A stretch of 64,000 nt of DNA from Candidatus Spongiisociaceae bacterium (GTDB taxonomy: Bacteria > Actinomycetota > Acidimicrobiia > Spongiisociales > Spongiisociaceae), in contig OZ253564.1 in assembly GCA_965262915.1 (NCBI GenBank), positions 3,776,001 to 3,840,000 of the forward strand, written 5' to 3'. Below the pieces are notes generated by a model. The model ran no database searches, had not been told where the DNA came from, and was given only the letters and a program-made list of their open reading frames with translations. Shown here in pieces: positions 30,531-39,756 of this stretch; positions within the stretch are counted from its first letter, which is position 1; every line of letters starts with the position of its first letter. The translations under genes were made by a program, and so were the position numbers.

Positions 30531-31580
30531 ATGGCAGACACGGCACACCAGCAGCTTCCCCGCACGATGCGGGTGGCGGAACTAACCGGCAATCGGACCC
30601 TCCGGCTGGGGGAACGGCCGGTACCCGGGGTGCCGGGTGGCTGGACCGTCGTCCGGGTTGCGGCGGCCGGGGTGTGCGGCACCGAACTCCACTTTCTCGA
30701 AGGTCTTCTCGACCCTCGAGGCGAGACGCGGGTGCTGGGACATGAAGTAGCCGGCACCGTGTGCGGTCCGGGAGTCCGCGGTCAACGCGCGGCTATATAT
30801 AACGTGTTGAACTGCCGGACCTGCCGCTACTGCCGTTCCGACCGGGATCGCCTGTGCGAGCGGTCGCAGGGCATGATCGGCTTCACCGTCGACGGCGGGT
30901 TCGCCGAGTACGTGGTGGTGCCGGAGGCGAACCTCGTTCCCCTGCCCGAGAGCGTGACCTTCGAAGCGGGCGCGGTGCTCGCATGCAGTGGGATGACGGC
31001 CGTACACGCGGTACGGGTGGCCGGCATCGGTATCGCGGAGCCGGTGGTCGTGAATGGAATCGGAGGGGTCGGATTGATGCTTACCCAGGTAGCGGCATTG
31101 GCCGGCGCGACAGTTCTCGCCGTGGCGGACGATCCTGCCAAGCTGGACCTGGCGGAGTCACTCGGCGCCCGGGCCGGCCTGCTCATCGAGAAGCCGGAAG
31201 GGTACGAGACCCTTCCCCAAGACGCGCGCCGGGTTCTGGGACAAGCTCCGGACGTGTTCTTCGAGACCGTCGGAACCCGTGAGACGATGCGGGCCGGGTT
31301 CGGATGCCTGGCCCCCGGGGGCGCTTTCGTCCAGATCGGATACACCAGCCAACCCCTGGACATACATCCGGGCGCACTGATCAGGAACGAGCTCCGCATC
31401 CTCACTTCAGCCGCCGGCTCCAAGAACGACCTGGAAACAGCCATCGCGCTGGCAGCACAAGGTCGCCTGAAGGTCGTCATCGCGAACCGCACGAACCTGG
31501 ACGGACTTGGAGACGCGATCCGCAGTCTGCAAGATCGCCGCGTTCTAGGCAGGAACGTGGTCGTATACGAAGCCGGATGA
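30531..31580 (+). CDS. Zinc-binding alcohol dehydrogenase (MDR family)
   Basis: GVCGTE, LGHEVAG, CxxCxxC..C structural Zn, GIGGVG; start uncertain (30507/30531/30567). Confidence 0.9.
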   Translation: MADTAHQQLPRTMRVAELTGNRTLRLGERPVPGVPGGWTVVRVAAAGVCGTELHFLEGLLDPRGETRVLGHEVAGTVCGPGVRGQRAAIYNVLNCRTCRYCRSDRDRLCERSQGMIGFTVDGGFAEYVVVPEANLVPLPESVTFEAGAVLACSGMTAVHAVRVAGIGIAEPVVVNGIGGVGLMLTQVAALAGATVLAVADDPAKLDLAESLGARAGLLIEKPEGYETLPQDARRVLGQAPDVFFETVGTRETMRAGFGCLAPGGAFVQIGYTSQPLDIHPGALIRNELRILTSAAGSKNDLETAIALAAQGRLKVVIANRTNLDGLGDAIRSLQDRRVLGRNVVVYEAG

Positions 31581-31604
31581 CGGTGGTGCACATAGCCGGC
31601 CTTC

Positions 31605-32834
31605 TCAAGCGGCGTGGTGACCCAGCGAGCGGAAACGCGTCGAGCGAATGCGTTCCGCGACCTTGCCGACCTTGGCGAGTATCCGTTCGGGGGAACCGGA
31701 GAGATCCACAGCCATGATCTCCAGTTGCTTGCCGGCATGATTGATCGCGTGGACGGTCGGGTCCTCCTCCCCCTGGGCGTAGATCAGTAGCCCGCCAGGT
31801 AGGTCGGCGTCGATCGTGTAGGCGAGCAACTGGTAGAGATCGGCGTTCGGTATGCCGTGATCCGTCTTCTTGTACTTCAGGTCACCGACGAAGACGCAGC
31901 GCCTTCCCTCCCACCACGAGATGTCCGGCTCAAGGCGTATCTTGTCGCCTCGGGCGAGCCACATCATCCGACCCGATGCACCTTGTGGGAAGTCTGGCTT
32001 CGTTACTCGGAGCGCGTCGCGCAGGGCGGCGACCATGAAGTTCTCGAACACCTTGTTCATGTCGACCAGGAAGGACGAGGCCCGCACGTCGCCGCGTCGG
32101 AGTTTGATGGACGTCGACTGCAGAATCAGCTGCGCCAGCCGTATGGCCGGCTCGTAGTGGCGGTTCAAGCGGTCGAAGGAGACATCGGGGATGGCGGCTC
32201 GCTGATACTCCACCTCCGTGACCTGCCCGAGCACCCGGTCAAAAGCCCGCAGGCTCTTTCGGGCATGGTCCGACCTGATTCGCATCCGTCCGAGACGGAC
32301 GATGGCGGCTTTGATGAGGCGGTTCAGTTCGATGTCCCCAGTGAACTCGTCGTAGCTGACCTCAACGGGAGGAAAGATGCCGTAGCGATCCCGGATCTGG
32401 TCGTCGAAACGAATCCGGCCCCGCACACCGTGCAATGCCTCCTCCTCGACCCGGTAGTCGTGGAGCAGGCCTCTCTGGAAAGCGCGGCGAACCTGGGCGA
32501 CGAGGCCCGGAATCATCGCTTCGAACAGATCGGGCGCCTTCCCGAACTCGAAGTCCTCCGTCCTGAACCGGGCGACTCCGAGAGAATACGAGATGAGGAA
32601 TAGCACCCGGTCGATGGGCAGCTTGGGGCGTATCTCCACCGACAGCGTGTCGGTCTGGACGACACCGACCGTGGGGCCCGCGGTGAGGTCGTAGACGCCT
32701 TCGCTGCCTGGTGTGGAAGCGATGGTTATGGACGGCGCAACTTCTGTGAGCGCATCGCGATCCGCCGTGGACAACTCGATCCCGGAGCACTTCTCGTATT
32801 CGGTGAGTCTCATCTCCAGCATCCGCCTGATCAC
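31605..32834 (-). CDS. mcrC: McrC family modification-dependent restriction nuclease subunit
   Basis: GRIRF, FDRLNRHYE, VDMNKVFE, EPDI...DLKYK, DLYQLLAY. Confidence 0.9.
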   Translation of the reverse strand: MIRRMLEMRLTEYEKCSGIELSTADRDALTEVAPSITIASTPGSEGVYDLTAGPTVGVVQTDTLSVEIRPKLPIDRVLFLISYSLGVARFRTEDFEFGKAPDLFEAMIPGLVAQVRRAFQRGLLHDYRVEEEALHGVRGRIRFDDQIRDRYGIFPPVEVSYDEFTGDIELNRLIKAAIVRLGRMRIRSDHARKSLRAFDRVLGQVTEVEYQRAAIPDVSFDRLNRHYEPAIRLAQLILQSTSIKLRRGDVRASSFLVDMNKVFENFMVAALRDALRVTKPDFPQGASGRMMWLARGDKIRLEPDISWWEGRRCVFVGDLKYKKTDHGIPNADLYQLLAYTIDADLPGGLLIYAQGEEDPTVHAINHAGKQLEIMAVDLSGSPERILAKVGKVAERIRSTRFRSLGHHAA

Positions 32835-33563
32835 GCTCCCTCGGCCTGCCGTCGGCTTGCTCTCCTGCCGGCGGGAACCCAACTGCTGGTTCCTGTCGGC
32901 CTGCGGTACGGGCCGGGCCCTCTTGCCAACAACGCCGTCACAACCGGACCGAAGGGACCACGGGACAAGTCCGAACCCCGAGTGGTTTCCGACTGTTCAG
33001 GCAGGTGGGCAGGCACCCGTCGCCTTGGCACTCATGACCGTACCGGGCGCGCTCCGCAGGTACAACTAACCTCTAGTCATGTTAAGACTTGAAGTATATA
33101 GTGGGTGCTAGATTGAGAAAGGGAGCGAAGCGGATGACCACGACCGCTGGTCCCCTAACCGAAAGCCTGGTGGATGCGAGGGACGAGGCTCGTCAGGCGG
33201 AGGTACGTACCGACATCGCGTCGGCGCTACTCAAGATCGAGAAGCGGTTCAACGACCAAACCAAGTGGATCGTCGGGGTTGACATTGCGGTCGCGGCGCT
33301 GCTCATCGCGGTGCTCCGATGACGGAGCCTCGGCGTTCCTCGACGGTGAGGCCCCATTCGTAAGCCGACCCATGGTCGCAAGGCCAACTGTCGCGGTACT
33401 GCACCGGAGCAGGTGGCAGAGGCCGTGCTCCGGTCCCGGCCGGGACGGGATAAGTTCACGGTTCGTCAATCCCGGACGCAGCAGGCCCGCATCAAACCAA
33501 GTCTGTAATCCCCCTCGTATTCGGCGAGCGTGATCTCAAGCATCCGCCTGATCACGCTCCCTC
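32793..33563. repeat. Direct repeat of the mcrB-stop/mcrC-start junction (32793-32842 and 33514-33563)
   Basis: 50-nt copies 721 bp apart, 45/50 identical by manual alignment, including 25 consecutive identical bases. Confidence 0.88.
33134..33322 (+). CDS. Small coiled-coil protein with C-terminal TM anchor (DUF1640/Bdr-like architecture)
   Basis: 62 aa; helical segment then TKWIVGVDIAVAALLIAVLR; RBS-like AGGGAG and AT-rich upstream region. Confidence 0.6.
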   Translation: MTTTAGPLTESLVDARDEARQAEVRTDIASALLKIEKRFNDQTKWIVGVDIAVAALLIAVLR

Positions 33564-35315
33564 TGGATGGCCGTCGCCCTGTTCTCCCTCATCCCCGGTG
33601 GGTGTCGCCGCGTCTCGCAGCCGATGCAGGGCGAACTCTTTGAGCCGGTCGTCCTCACCGAAGAACTGCTCGGCGATGTACGGAAGCACCGAGTGATCCC
33701 AGATCAATTCAACCCACTCCTCGTCGAGATTCTGGTCCATGAAATAGCTCGGACCGATGGCGGCGTGCCGCCGACCCAACTTCTTGTTGGCCCGATCCAC
33801 CACCTCGGCCACCCAGAACAATTCGGGTTTGTTCTTGTTGAGCCATCGGGCCAGCAGACCCTCGATCGGCGGTTGGTCGGGAAAGAACGGAGAGAAGTGG
33901 AAACGTCGCCGGAGCGCCGAATCGACCAGGGCGATCGAGCGGTCGGCAGTGTTCATGGTGCCGATGATCCACAGGTTCTCCGGTAGCGAGAAGGCATCGT
34001 CCGAGTACTGGAGCTTGATTTTCTCCTTCCGGTACTCCAAGAGAAAGTAGAGCTCACCGAACACCTTGCCCAGATTCCCGCGGTTGATCTCGTCGATGAT
34101 CAGCACGAACGTTTCTTCGTCGGACGCTTCCTCTGCCCGGCGGGCGATCCGCTTGAGTGGACCCTCACGGAGCTCGAACCCTGCCATATTTCCCTTGAGC
34201 GAGGCGGGCCGGTACCCCTCGACGAAGTCCTCGTACGCGTAAGACGGATGGAACTGCACCAGATCGACTCGCTCCTCGTCACGCGCGATATGGGCCGCCA
34301 GCTTGCGGGCCACATAAGTCTTGCCCGTCCCCGGTGGTCCGTAGAAGATCACCTGTCGACGGTGACGCAGCAAACGGTGGATGAGATCCAGATGGCTCTT
34401 GGGGATCAGAAGATCGTCGGCCAGCCCGTGGAGTGTCGTAGGCACGCCCTCATGCTCGTCCGGCCCCTCGGTCGGTAATGGTGACGGGGTGGGAACCTGC
34501 ACCTTGGCGGGCGTGGCTGGCTCAGGTGAGCTTCTCTTCGGATGATCCCACCGTTGGCGGAGAGGATCGCGGTAAAAGCTGAACCCCCGCCCGTGATCGC
34601 CGGTTAGCGCTTCCCTTATCTGCAGTAGTCGCCGGTCTACATCATCGGATGGGTCCGATACCAGATGGACGAAGGCGCTGGCGATCCGGTCCTTGTGACT
34701 CAGGGCCATGGCCGTTTCGTAGTTGTCGGGATGGAGGAGATGCAGAAGCGCGTTGCGCTGCAGGCCGTCAGCGCCACCGGGAACGCTCTCCACGAAACGC
34801 TTGAACTCCCAAGGATCCTCCAAGAGCAGGCGTCCCTCATCGCTGTCAGGAGACTTCCAGAGGCGGCTGAACTCGATCAGGAAACGAAGCTGTTGCCAAC
34901 GATACGTGTTGAATCCGAAGCCCGCATGCCCGACGCCCTGATCGAGAGCAGCATCAAGCGTCGCGGGAATACTCACATGTTCGGGAGACCAACCGAGCAC
35001 GCTCTCGATAACGGCCACCTTTCCCTTCCTCCCGATCGGCTTGTTCTTGGCCGCCAGAAAGTGCACGAACAGCAGCTCGCCCATCAGCTGGAATACCGCC
35101 GGATCGGCGCCGGCGAACTGCCGCTCGAGCTTGGTCAGGAAGTCATCTCTACCCTCGTCCGCCCCCATCACGAAGCGGCGATGCAGTTCGTCGAGCCATC
35201 GCCGCGACCAGATCTCCTTGCCGGATGTGAAGAGCGAATCGTCGTCCAGAAGAGCGGCGTCGGCCCATATTCGGGCCACCTCGTACAACTCGGGACACTC
35301 CTGTCGGCGGGCCAT
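33552..35315 (-). CDS. mcrB: McrB family AAA+ GTPase
   Basis: GPPGTGKT, VQFHPSYAYEDFVEG, IIDEINRGN, MNTADRS, LRRRF, IGPSYF. Confidence 0.93.
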   Translation of the reverse strand: MARRQECPELYEVARIWADAALLDDDSLFTSGKEIWSRRWLDELHRRFVMGADEGRDDFLTKLERQFAGADPAVFQLMGELLFVHFLAAKNKPIGRKGKVAVIESVLGWSPEHVSIPATLDAALDQGVGHAGFGFNTYRWQQLRFLIEFSRLWKSPDSDEGRLLLEDPWEFKRFVESVPGGADGLQRNALLHLLHPDNYETAMALSHKDRIASAFVHLVSDPSDDVDRRLLQIREALTGDHGRGFSFYRDPLRQRWDHPKRSSPEPATPAKVQVPTPSPLPTEGPDEHEGVPTTLHGLADDLLIPKSHLDLIHRLLRHRRQVIFYGPPGTGKTYVARKLAAHIARDEERVDLVQFHPSYAYEDFVEGYRPASLKGNMAGFELREGPLKRIARRAEEASDEETFVLIIDEINRGNLGKVFGELYFLLEYRKEKIKLQYSDDAFSLPENLWIIGTMNTADRSIALVDSALRRRFHFSPFFPDQPPIEGLLARWLNKNKPELFWVAEVVDRANKKLGRRHAAIGPSYFMDQNLDEEWVELIWDHSVLPYIAEQFFGEDDRLKEFALHRLRDAATPTGDEGEQGDGHPEGA

Positions 35316-35398
35316 TGGTGGTGCTCCTCGTATCTCATAGCCAATCGGGACGATCCCCGAGCATCATCAAGATCGAGTCTACGAGGGGCCTGTGACAG

Positions 35399-36682
35399 TC
35401 ATGGTCCTAGGCAAGCCAGTGGAACGACCGCCACCCCGTCAGATCGTTCATAGGAGTATCTTCCGCCGGTGATCACCACCAGCCGGGCGAGGCCAGCGGC
35501 CCGTTCTCTGGCAACGCGGCCTCTGAGTTCCAGCAAGCCTCGTGCCGCCTTGTCGATAGCAGAGGCGCCGCCGAGCTTCACTTCTGCTGCGATCCATCGA
35601 CCGTCGCCGGTCTCGATCACTGCGTCGGCCTCGAGTCCGTAGGTGTCCCGGTAGTGGTATACGGAGGCGTCGCTCGCCTGGGAGTAGATACGCAGATCAC
35701 GGATGGCCATAGATTCGAACAGGAAGCCGAATGCGTTCAGGTCATCAAGATACCGCTGCGGACCTGCACCGAGCACGGCGGCAGCCAGGGATGGATCGAC
35801 GAAGTGACGCTTCGGGGACCGGATAAGGCTGGCCCTTGATCTGATGTGCGTGTTCCACGCAGGCAGATCCTCCACCACGAACAGGCGGCTCAGCACATCC
35901 AAGTACGTCTTTACGGTGGTGCGGTTCAAGGGGACTTCACCGCCTGTCTCGGCTGCCAGCTTCTGGAAACCAGCGGTCGTGGAGACGTTGCGAGCCAGCG
36001 ACCGTATCAGTCGCATCACGCCTCTGGGACTGCGGCGGATCCCATCGACCGCCGAGACATCCACCCGGCAGATGTCGTCCAGGTAGTCGCGGGTGAAGCG
36101 ACGAGCCTCCATCATCGGGGTGTCGATGAGCTGGGGCCAGCCACCGCGACAGGCGGCCCCGACAAGTCCGGGAACGTCCAGGCCCGCTTCGGCGGCCGGG
36201 AGTTCCCGTCCTTCGAGCACCGCCCCGAGCGAGGCCGCTCCGGTGGAGAGTCCGGTTTCCCGGAGCGACATGGGACGCATACGCACGCGACTGATCCGGC
36301 CTGCACCCGAATGGCGGGTCAACTCGTCGGCGGGAACGGCGGACCCGGTGAGTATGAACTGGCCCGGACGACCGCGCCGGTCGCAGGCGGCCCTCACGAG
36401 GTGCCACAACTCGGGGACACGCTGCCATTCGTCCAACAGACGGGGAGTGGGACCGTCGAGCAGGAGCCCCGGAGCATGCGGAGCAATCTCCCAGAGGTCC
36501 GGACGCTCTTCCAGAAATATCTCGCTGCGGGCGAAGTGTTGCCCGGTCCACGTCTTGCCACAACCTTTGGGGCCTTCTATCAGTACGGCTCGCGCCGAGC
36601 GCAACGCCACCGGAACTTCCGTGTCCACGACCCGATCCAGGTAGATGCGCTCGGGATCCGCATGGCCTGGAGTTGTGAGCAT
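35399..36682 (-). CDS. AAA_14 ATPase with DUF4143 C-terminal domain
   Basis: GPKGCGKT, LDEWQ, FILTGS, HSGAGR, GGWP, KRHFVDPSL, YRD..GLEADAV..AEVK. Confidence 0.9.
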   Translation of the reverse strand: MLTTPGHADPERIYLDRVVDTEVPVALRSARAVLIEGPKGCGKTWTGQHFARSEIFLEERPDLWEIAPHAPGLLLDGPTPRLLDEWQRVPELWHLVRAACDRRGRPGQFILTGSAVPADELTRHSGAGRISRVRMRPMSLRETGLSTGAASLGAVLEGRELPAAEAGLDVPGLVGAACRGGWPQLIDTPMMEARRFTRDYLDDICRVDVSAVDGIRRSPRGVMRLIRSLARNVSTTAGFQKLAAETGGEVPLNRTTVKTYLDVLSRLFVVEDLPAWNTHIRSRASLIRSPKRHFVDPSLAAAVLGAGPQRYLDDLNAFGFLFESMAIRDLRIYSQASDASVYHYRDTYGLEADAVIETGDGRWIAAEVKLGGASAIDKAARGLLELRGRVARERAAGLARLVVITGGRYSYERSDGVAVVPLACLGP

Positions 36683-36712
36683 TGCCGCCTTATCTGTCGG
36701 AGAACCTAATCT

Positions 36713-36789
36713 ATCCTACATTATTCGGGACTTTAATCCTACAGTTATTAGGTTACGTATCCTACAATCATCAGAGGTATCAGCCTACG
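36713..36789 (-). repeat. Four ATCCTACA-like motifs at 23-bp period upstream of AAA ATPase
   Basis: atcctaca at 36713, 36736 and 36759; agcctacg at 36782; AT-rich. Confidence 0.75.
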
Positions 36790-36909
36790 GATTTCTGCTC
36801 ACCAGCCGTTTCTCAAGCCCCGGTCAACCCTTGGATCGATGTTTCCTTGAGCATTTCCGAAGGCTCGATTCGGATTGAACCAACGGATTTCGGTGCAATC
36901 GAAGGGAAA

Positions 36910-37287
36910 TCAGGAAGGTATAACTGCTACCAGGTCGATCTCGACCATTATTCCCAGCAGGTCGCTGCCTACCGTCGTACGAACCGGCTTGGGGTCTCTG
37001 AATCGACGCTCGTACACCCGGTTGAACGCCGCGAAGTCACCGAGGTCCTGGAGGTGCACCGTTGCCTTTACGGCATGGTCGAGGCTGGCACCGGCTGCTT
37101 CCAGAACCGCGCTCAGGTTGTCGATGGTCAGCTCCGTCTGCTCCTCGATGGTGTCGCCGACGACCTTGCCGGTCTCCGGATCCAGCGGACCCATTCCAGC
37201 CGTGAAAACCAGGTTGCCGACCCGCATACCCTGCGAGTATGGACCCGCCGGCGCCGCGGCGGCATCGGTGCGGATTTCTTGTTTCAT
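36910..37287 (-). CDS. RidA/YjgF family enamine-imine deaminase
   Basis: GPYSQ, VKATVHL, FNRVY, PVRTTV, VEID. Confidence 0.9.
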   Translation of the reverse strand: MKQEIRTDAAAAPAGPYSQGMRVGNLVFTAGMGPLDPETGKVVGDTIEEQTELTIDNLSAVLEAAGASLDHAVKATVHLQDLGDFAAFNRVYERRFRDPKPVRTTVGSDLLGIMVEIDLVAVIPS

Positions 37288-37403
37288 GTTCTACCGTCAC
37301 TCCCGGGTGATGTTGTCTTATCTGCGATCTGCCGATCTGCTCGCTCGACAACGGCCCCACGCCGCCACTATCCCGCAAGCCTCCTGCCCGACGAGGCTAG
37401 TCC

Positions 37404-37793
37404 CTACATGGGAGCGATAGCCGGGATCCCCAGGGCTCGGGCAGCGTCTCCCAAACGCCGGTCGTAGGTCACCACCCCTTTGAGTTCATCACCTAACTCC
37501 AATGCCGCGGCGAGGTGCAGGGCATCCAGGCTGCGGAGCGCAACCGGTTCGAGCATGGCCGCCCGCTCGCACACGGAGGTTGAGAGTTTCAGCAGGATCA
37601 GGGAGTCTAGGAGCCCCCTCGCCTCAGTCATCCGCTCCGGATCAACTCTTGTCGTGACCCTCAACAGCTCCGTCCTCAGGAGATCACTCGACAACACCTG
37701 AGCGTCCACCGCCTCCAACCAACTGCGCATCCCGGTCGAACCTCGCTCCACGAAGATCAACTTCACCGCTGCGGACGTGTCCAGATAGAACAA
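37404..37793 (-). CDS. vapC: VapC family PIN-domain toxin
   Basis: YLDTSA, RTE, LRSLDALHLA, TYDRRL. Confidence 0.9.
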   Translation of the reverse strand: MFYLDTSAAVKLIFVERGSTGMRSWLEAVDAQVLSSDLLRTELLRVTTRVDPERMTEARGLLDSLILLKLSTSVCERAAMLEPVALRSLDALHLAAALELGDELKGVVTYDRRLGDAARALGIPAIAPM

Positions 37794-37795
37794 GG

Positions 37796-38071
37796 TCAGT
37801 ACCGCTCGGCCTCGCGCATCTCCTCCAGCACCTCCGACGGTGCCGGCCTGCCCTGCCCGGGTCGAGCCGGCGGAGGCAGTTCGGTCAGGGATCGGAGCGC
37901 CGGTCGCGCCTGCCCCGACGAAATCAGACCCTCGATCCGGCTCGTAGCGAGCGGCACCATGCGAGCGACTGGCCGACCACGATGCGTGATCGTCACCGAC
38001 TCACCAGCCGTCACCATTGTGACCACAGCCGATGCGTTCTGCTTCAACGCCCGTATCCCTACCTCAGCCAT
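37796..38071 (-). CDS. Phd/YefM family antitoxin
   Basis: VGIRALKQNAS, GESVTITHRGRPVARMVP; directly upstream of the PIN toxin. Confidence 0.9.
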   Translation of the reverse strand: MAEVGIRALKQNASAVVTMVTAGESVTITHRGRPVARMVPLATSRIEGLISSGQARPALRSLTELPPPARPGQGRPAPSEVLEEMREAERY

Positions 38072-38089
38072 GTTCTACAATGTAGCACA
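38071..38089. promoter_or_regulatory. Palindromic TA autorepression operator at the antitoxin start
   Basis: tgttctaca-a-tgtagcaca abuts the ATG. Confidence 0.6.
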
Positions 38090-38218
38090 ACGTGCTCGTT
38101 GACCCGGCCCGCAAGCCATGTTGCACTACCGGTCCGCAGTTGGCGACGCGACTGTTCACAGCCACGGTGGACGAGATCTTCACGCAGCCGTGACACGTTC
38201 TTCGGCACGCGGGCCGGG

Positions 38219-39745
38219 TCAGGCGAGTGGGCCCGTCACAACCTCGACCGCAGCCACCAGGTCCTCGTCTGTGAGAAGTTCCTCGGCTGCTCCGAGTTCG
38301 GGCGACAGGACACGATCCGGACCAGGGCCGGACACCCGGCTTCGCAGCAGCCGGACAGCCGCTGCGGTGCCGGCGGCCGGTTGCAGTGGTCCGCGCAGGT
38401 CGATGGCGCGCGCGGCTGTGACCCATTCGATGGCGAGGATCCGGCGCACGTTATCGATCACTTGACGGAGTTTGCGGGCTGCGCTCCAACCCATCGAGAC
38501 GTGATCTTCTTGCATCGCCGAGGTTGGATAGGAGTCGACCGAGGCGGGGGCGGCCAGCCGCCGGTTCTCGGCACACATGGCGGCCGCGGTGTACTGGCCG
38601 ATCATCAGACCGCTGTCGACACCGGGGTCGTCTGCCAGGAAGGGCGGGAGACCGTGGGAGCGGTTGTGATCCAGTAGGCGGTCGAGCCGTCTCTCCGCTA
38701 TGGCCCCCACCTCGGCCAGGGCGATCGCCAGGTAGTCGGCAGCCAGGGCAACCGGCGCTCCGTGGAAATTGCCACAGGACTCGACCCGGCCATCGGGTAG
38801 GACCATCGGATTGTCGATCGCCGACGCCAGTTCCCGGTCGGTCACCTCCGCTACGAAAGCAAGGGTATCGCGCGCCGCGCCGTGGACCTGAGGCGTGCAT
38901 CGAACCGAATAGGCGTCCTGCACGCGCAGATCTCCGCTGCGATGGCTGGCGACTATCGGGGATCCCGCGAGAACGGCCCGCAGGTTCGCGGCGCTGGCGG
39001 CCTGGCCTGGATGGGGCCGCAACGCCTGGAGATCGGCGGCATACGCACGGTCGGTGGCCAACAGTCCCTCGACGGTGAGGGCCGCGACGATGTCCGCGAC
39101 AGTGAGCAGGTAGGCAGCATCATGAACCGCCAGGCAGAGCATTCCAAGGATGCCGTCGGTGCCATTCGTGAGCGCCAAGCCTTCCTTCTCGGCCAGCACC
39201 ACCGGTTCGATCCCCTCGGAGGCTAGGACCGAGGCGGCGTCCCGCAATCCGCTGTCGGTCATCACCTCACCTTCACCAATGAGCGCGAGCCCGACGTGGG
39301 CCAGCGGCGCCAGGTCCCCGCTCGCGCCCAGCGACCCGTGCTCGGGGACTCTGGGAACGACACCGGCGTTCAGCAGGCGCAGCAGTCCCTCCGCAACCAC
39401 CGGTCGGGCGCCCGACGCTCCTAGCGCCAGGGTCCTCGCCCGCAGGAACATCATGGCCCGGACCACTTCGGCCTCCACGGCCCGCCCCATCCCCGCCGCG
39501 TGGGAGCGTATGAGCGAACGCTGGAGGGCGATCCTTCTTTGTGTGGGGATCGTCGTGGTCGCCAGAGCACCGAAGCCCGTGCTGACACCGTAGGTGGGTT
39601 CGCCCTCCGCGAGGTGTTCGACGATGGCCCGAGCAGTTCCCATGCGGACGCGGGCCGCTTCGGTCAGGCGAACGTGCTCGCCCAGACGAGCCACCGCGAC
39701 AACATCTGCGACGGTTACTCCCGGACCATCGAGGTACACGGTCAC
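38219..39745 (-). CDS. hutH: Histidine ammonia-lyase
   Basis: YGVSTGFG, LIRSHAAG, MIO-forming GASGDLAPL, KEGLALTNG, QDAYSVRC, GNFHG, QEDHVSMG. Confidence 0.95.
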   Translation of the reverse strand: MTVYLDGPGVTVADVVAVARLGEHVRLTEAARVRMGTARAIVEHLAEGEPTYGVSTGFGALATTTIPTQRRIALQRSLIRSHAAGMGRAVEAEVVRAMMFLRARTLALGASGARPVVAEGLLRLLNAGVVPRVPEHGSLGASGDLAPLAHVGLALIGEGEVMTDSGLRDAASVLASEGIEPVVLAEKEGLALTNGTDGILGMLCLAVHDAAYLLTVADIVAALTVEGLLATDRAYAADLQALRPHPGQAASAANLRAVLAGSPIVASHRSGDLRVQDAYSVRCTPQVHGAARDTLAFVAEVTDRELASAIDNPMVLPDGRVESCGNFHGAPVALAADYLAIALAEVGAIAERRLDRLLDHNRSHGLPPFLADDPGVDSGLMIGQYTAAAMCAENRRLAAPASVDSYPTSAMQEDHVSMGWSAARKLRQVIDNVRRILAIEWVTAARAIDLRGPLQPAAGTAAAVRLLRSRVSGPGPDRVLSPELGAAEELLTDEDLVAAVEVVTGPLA

Positions 39746-39756
39746 TCCTGCACCGC

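Noticed and set aside
36713-36789. CRISPR array
   Set aside because: 8-nt cores at 23-bp period are far too short; no cas genes in the window
38090-38218. Possible gene tail (LFTATVDEIFTQP*) between the TA operon and hutH
   Set aside because: Too short to assign without a search
38219-39745. Ergothionase / trimethylammonia-lyase
   Set aside because: Intact ASG MIO triad and SH motif indicate a canonical histidine ammonia-lyase
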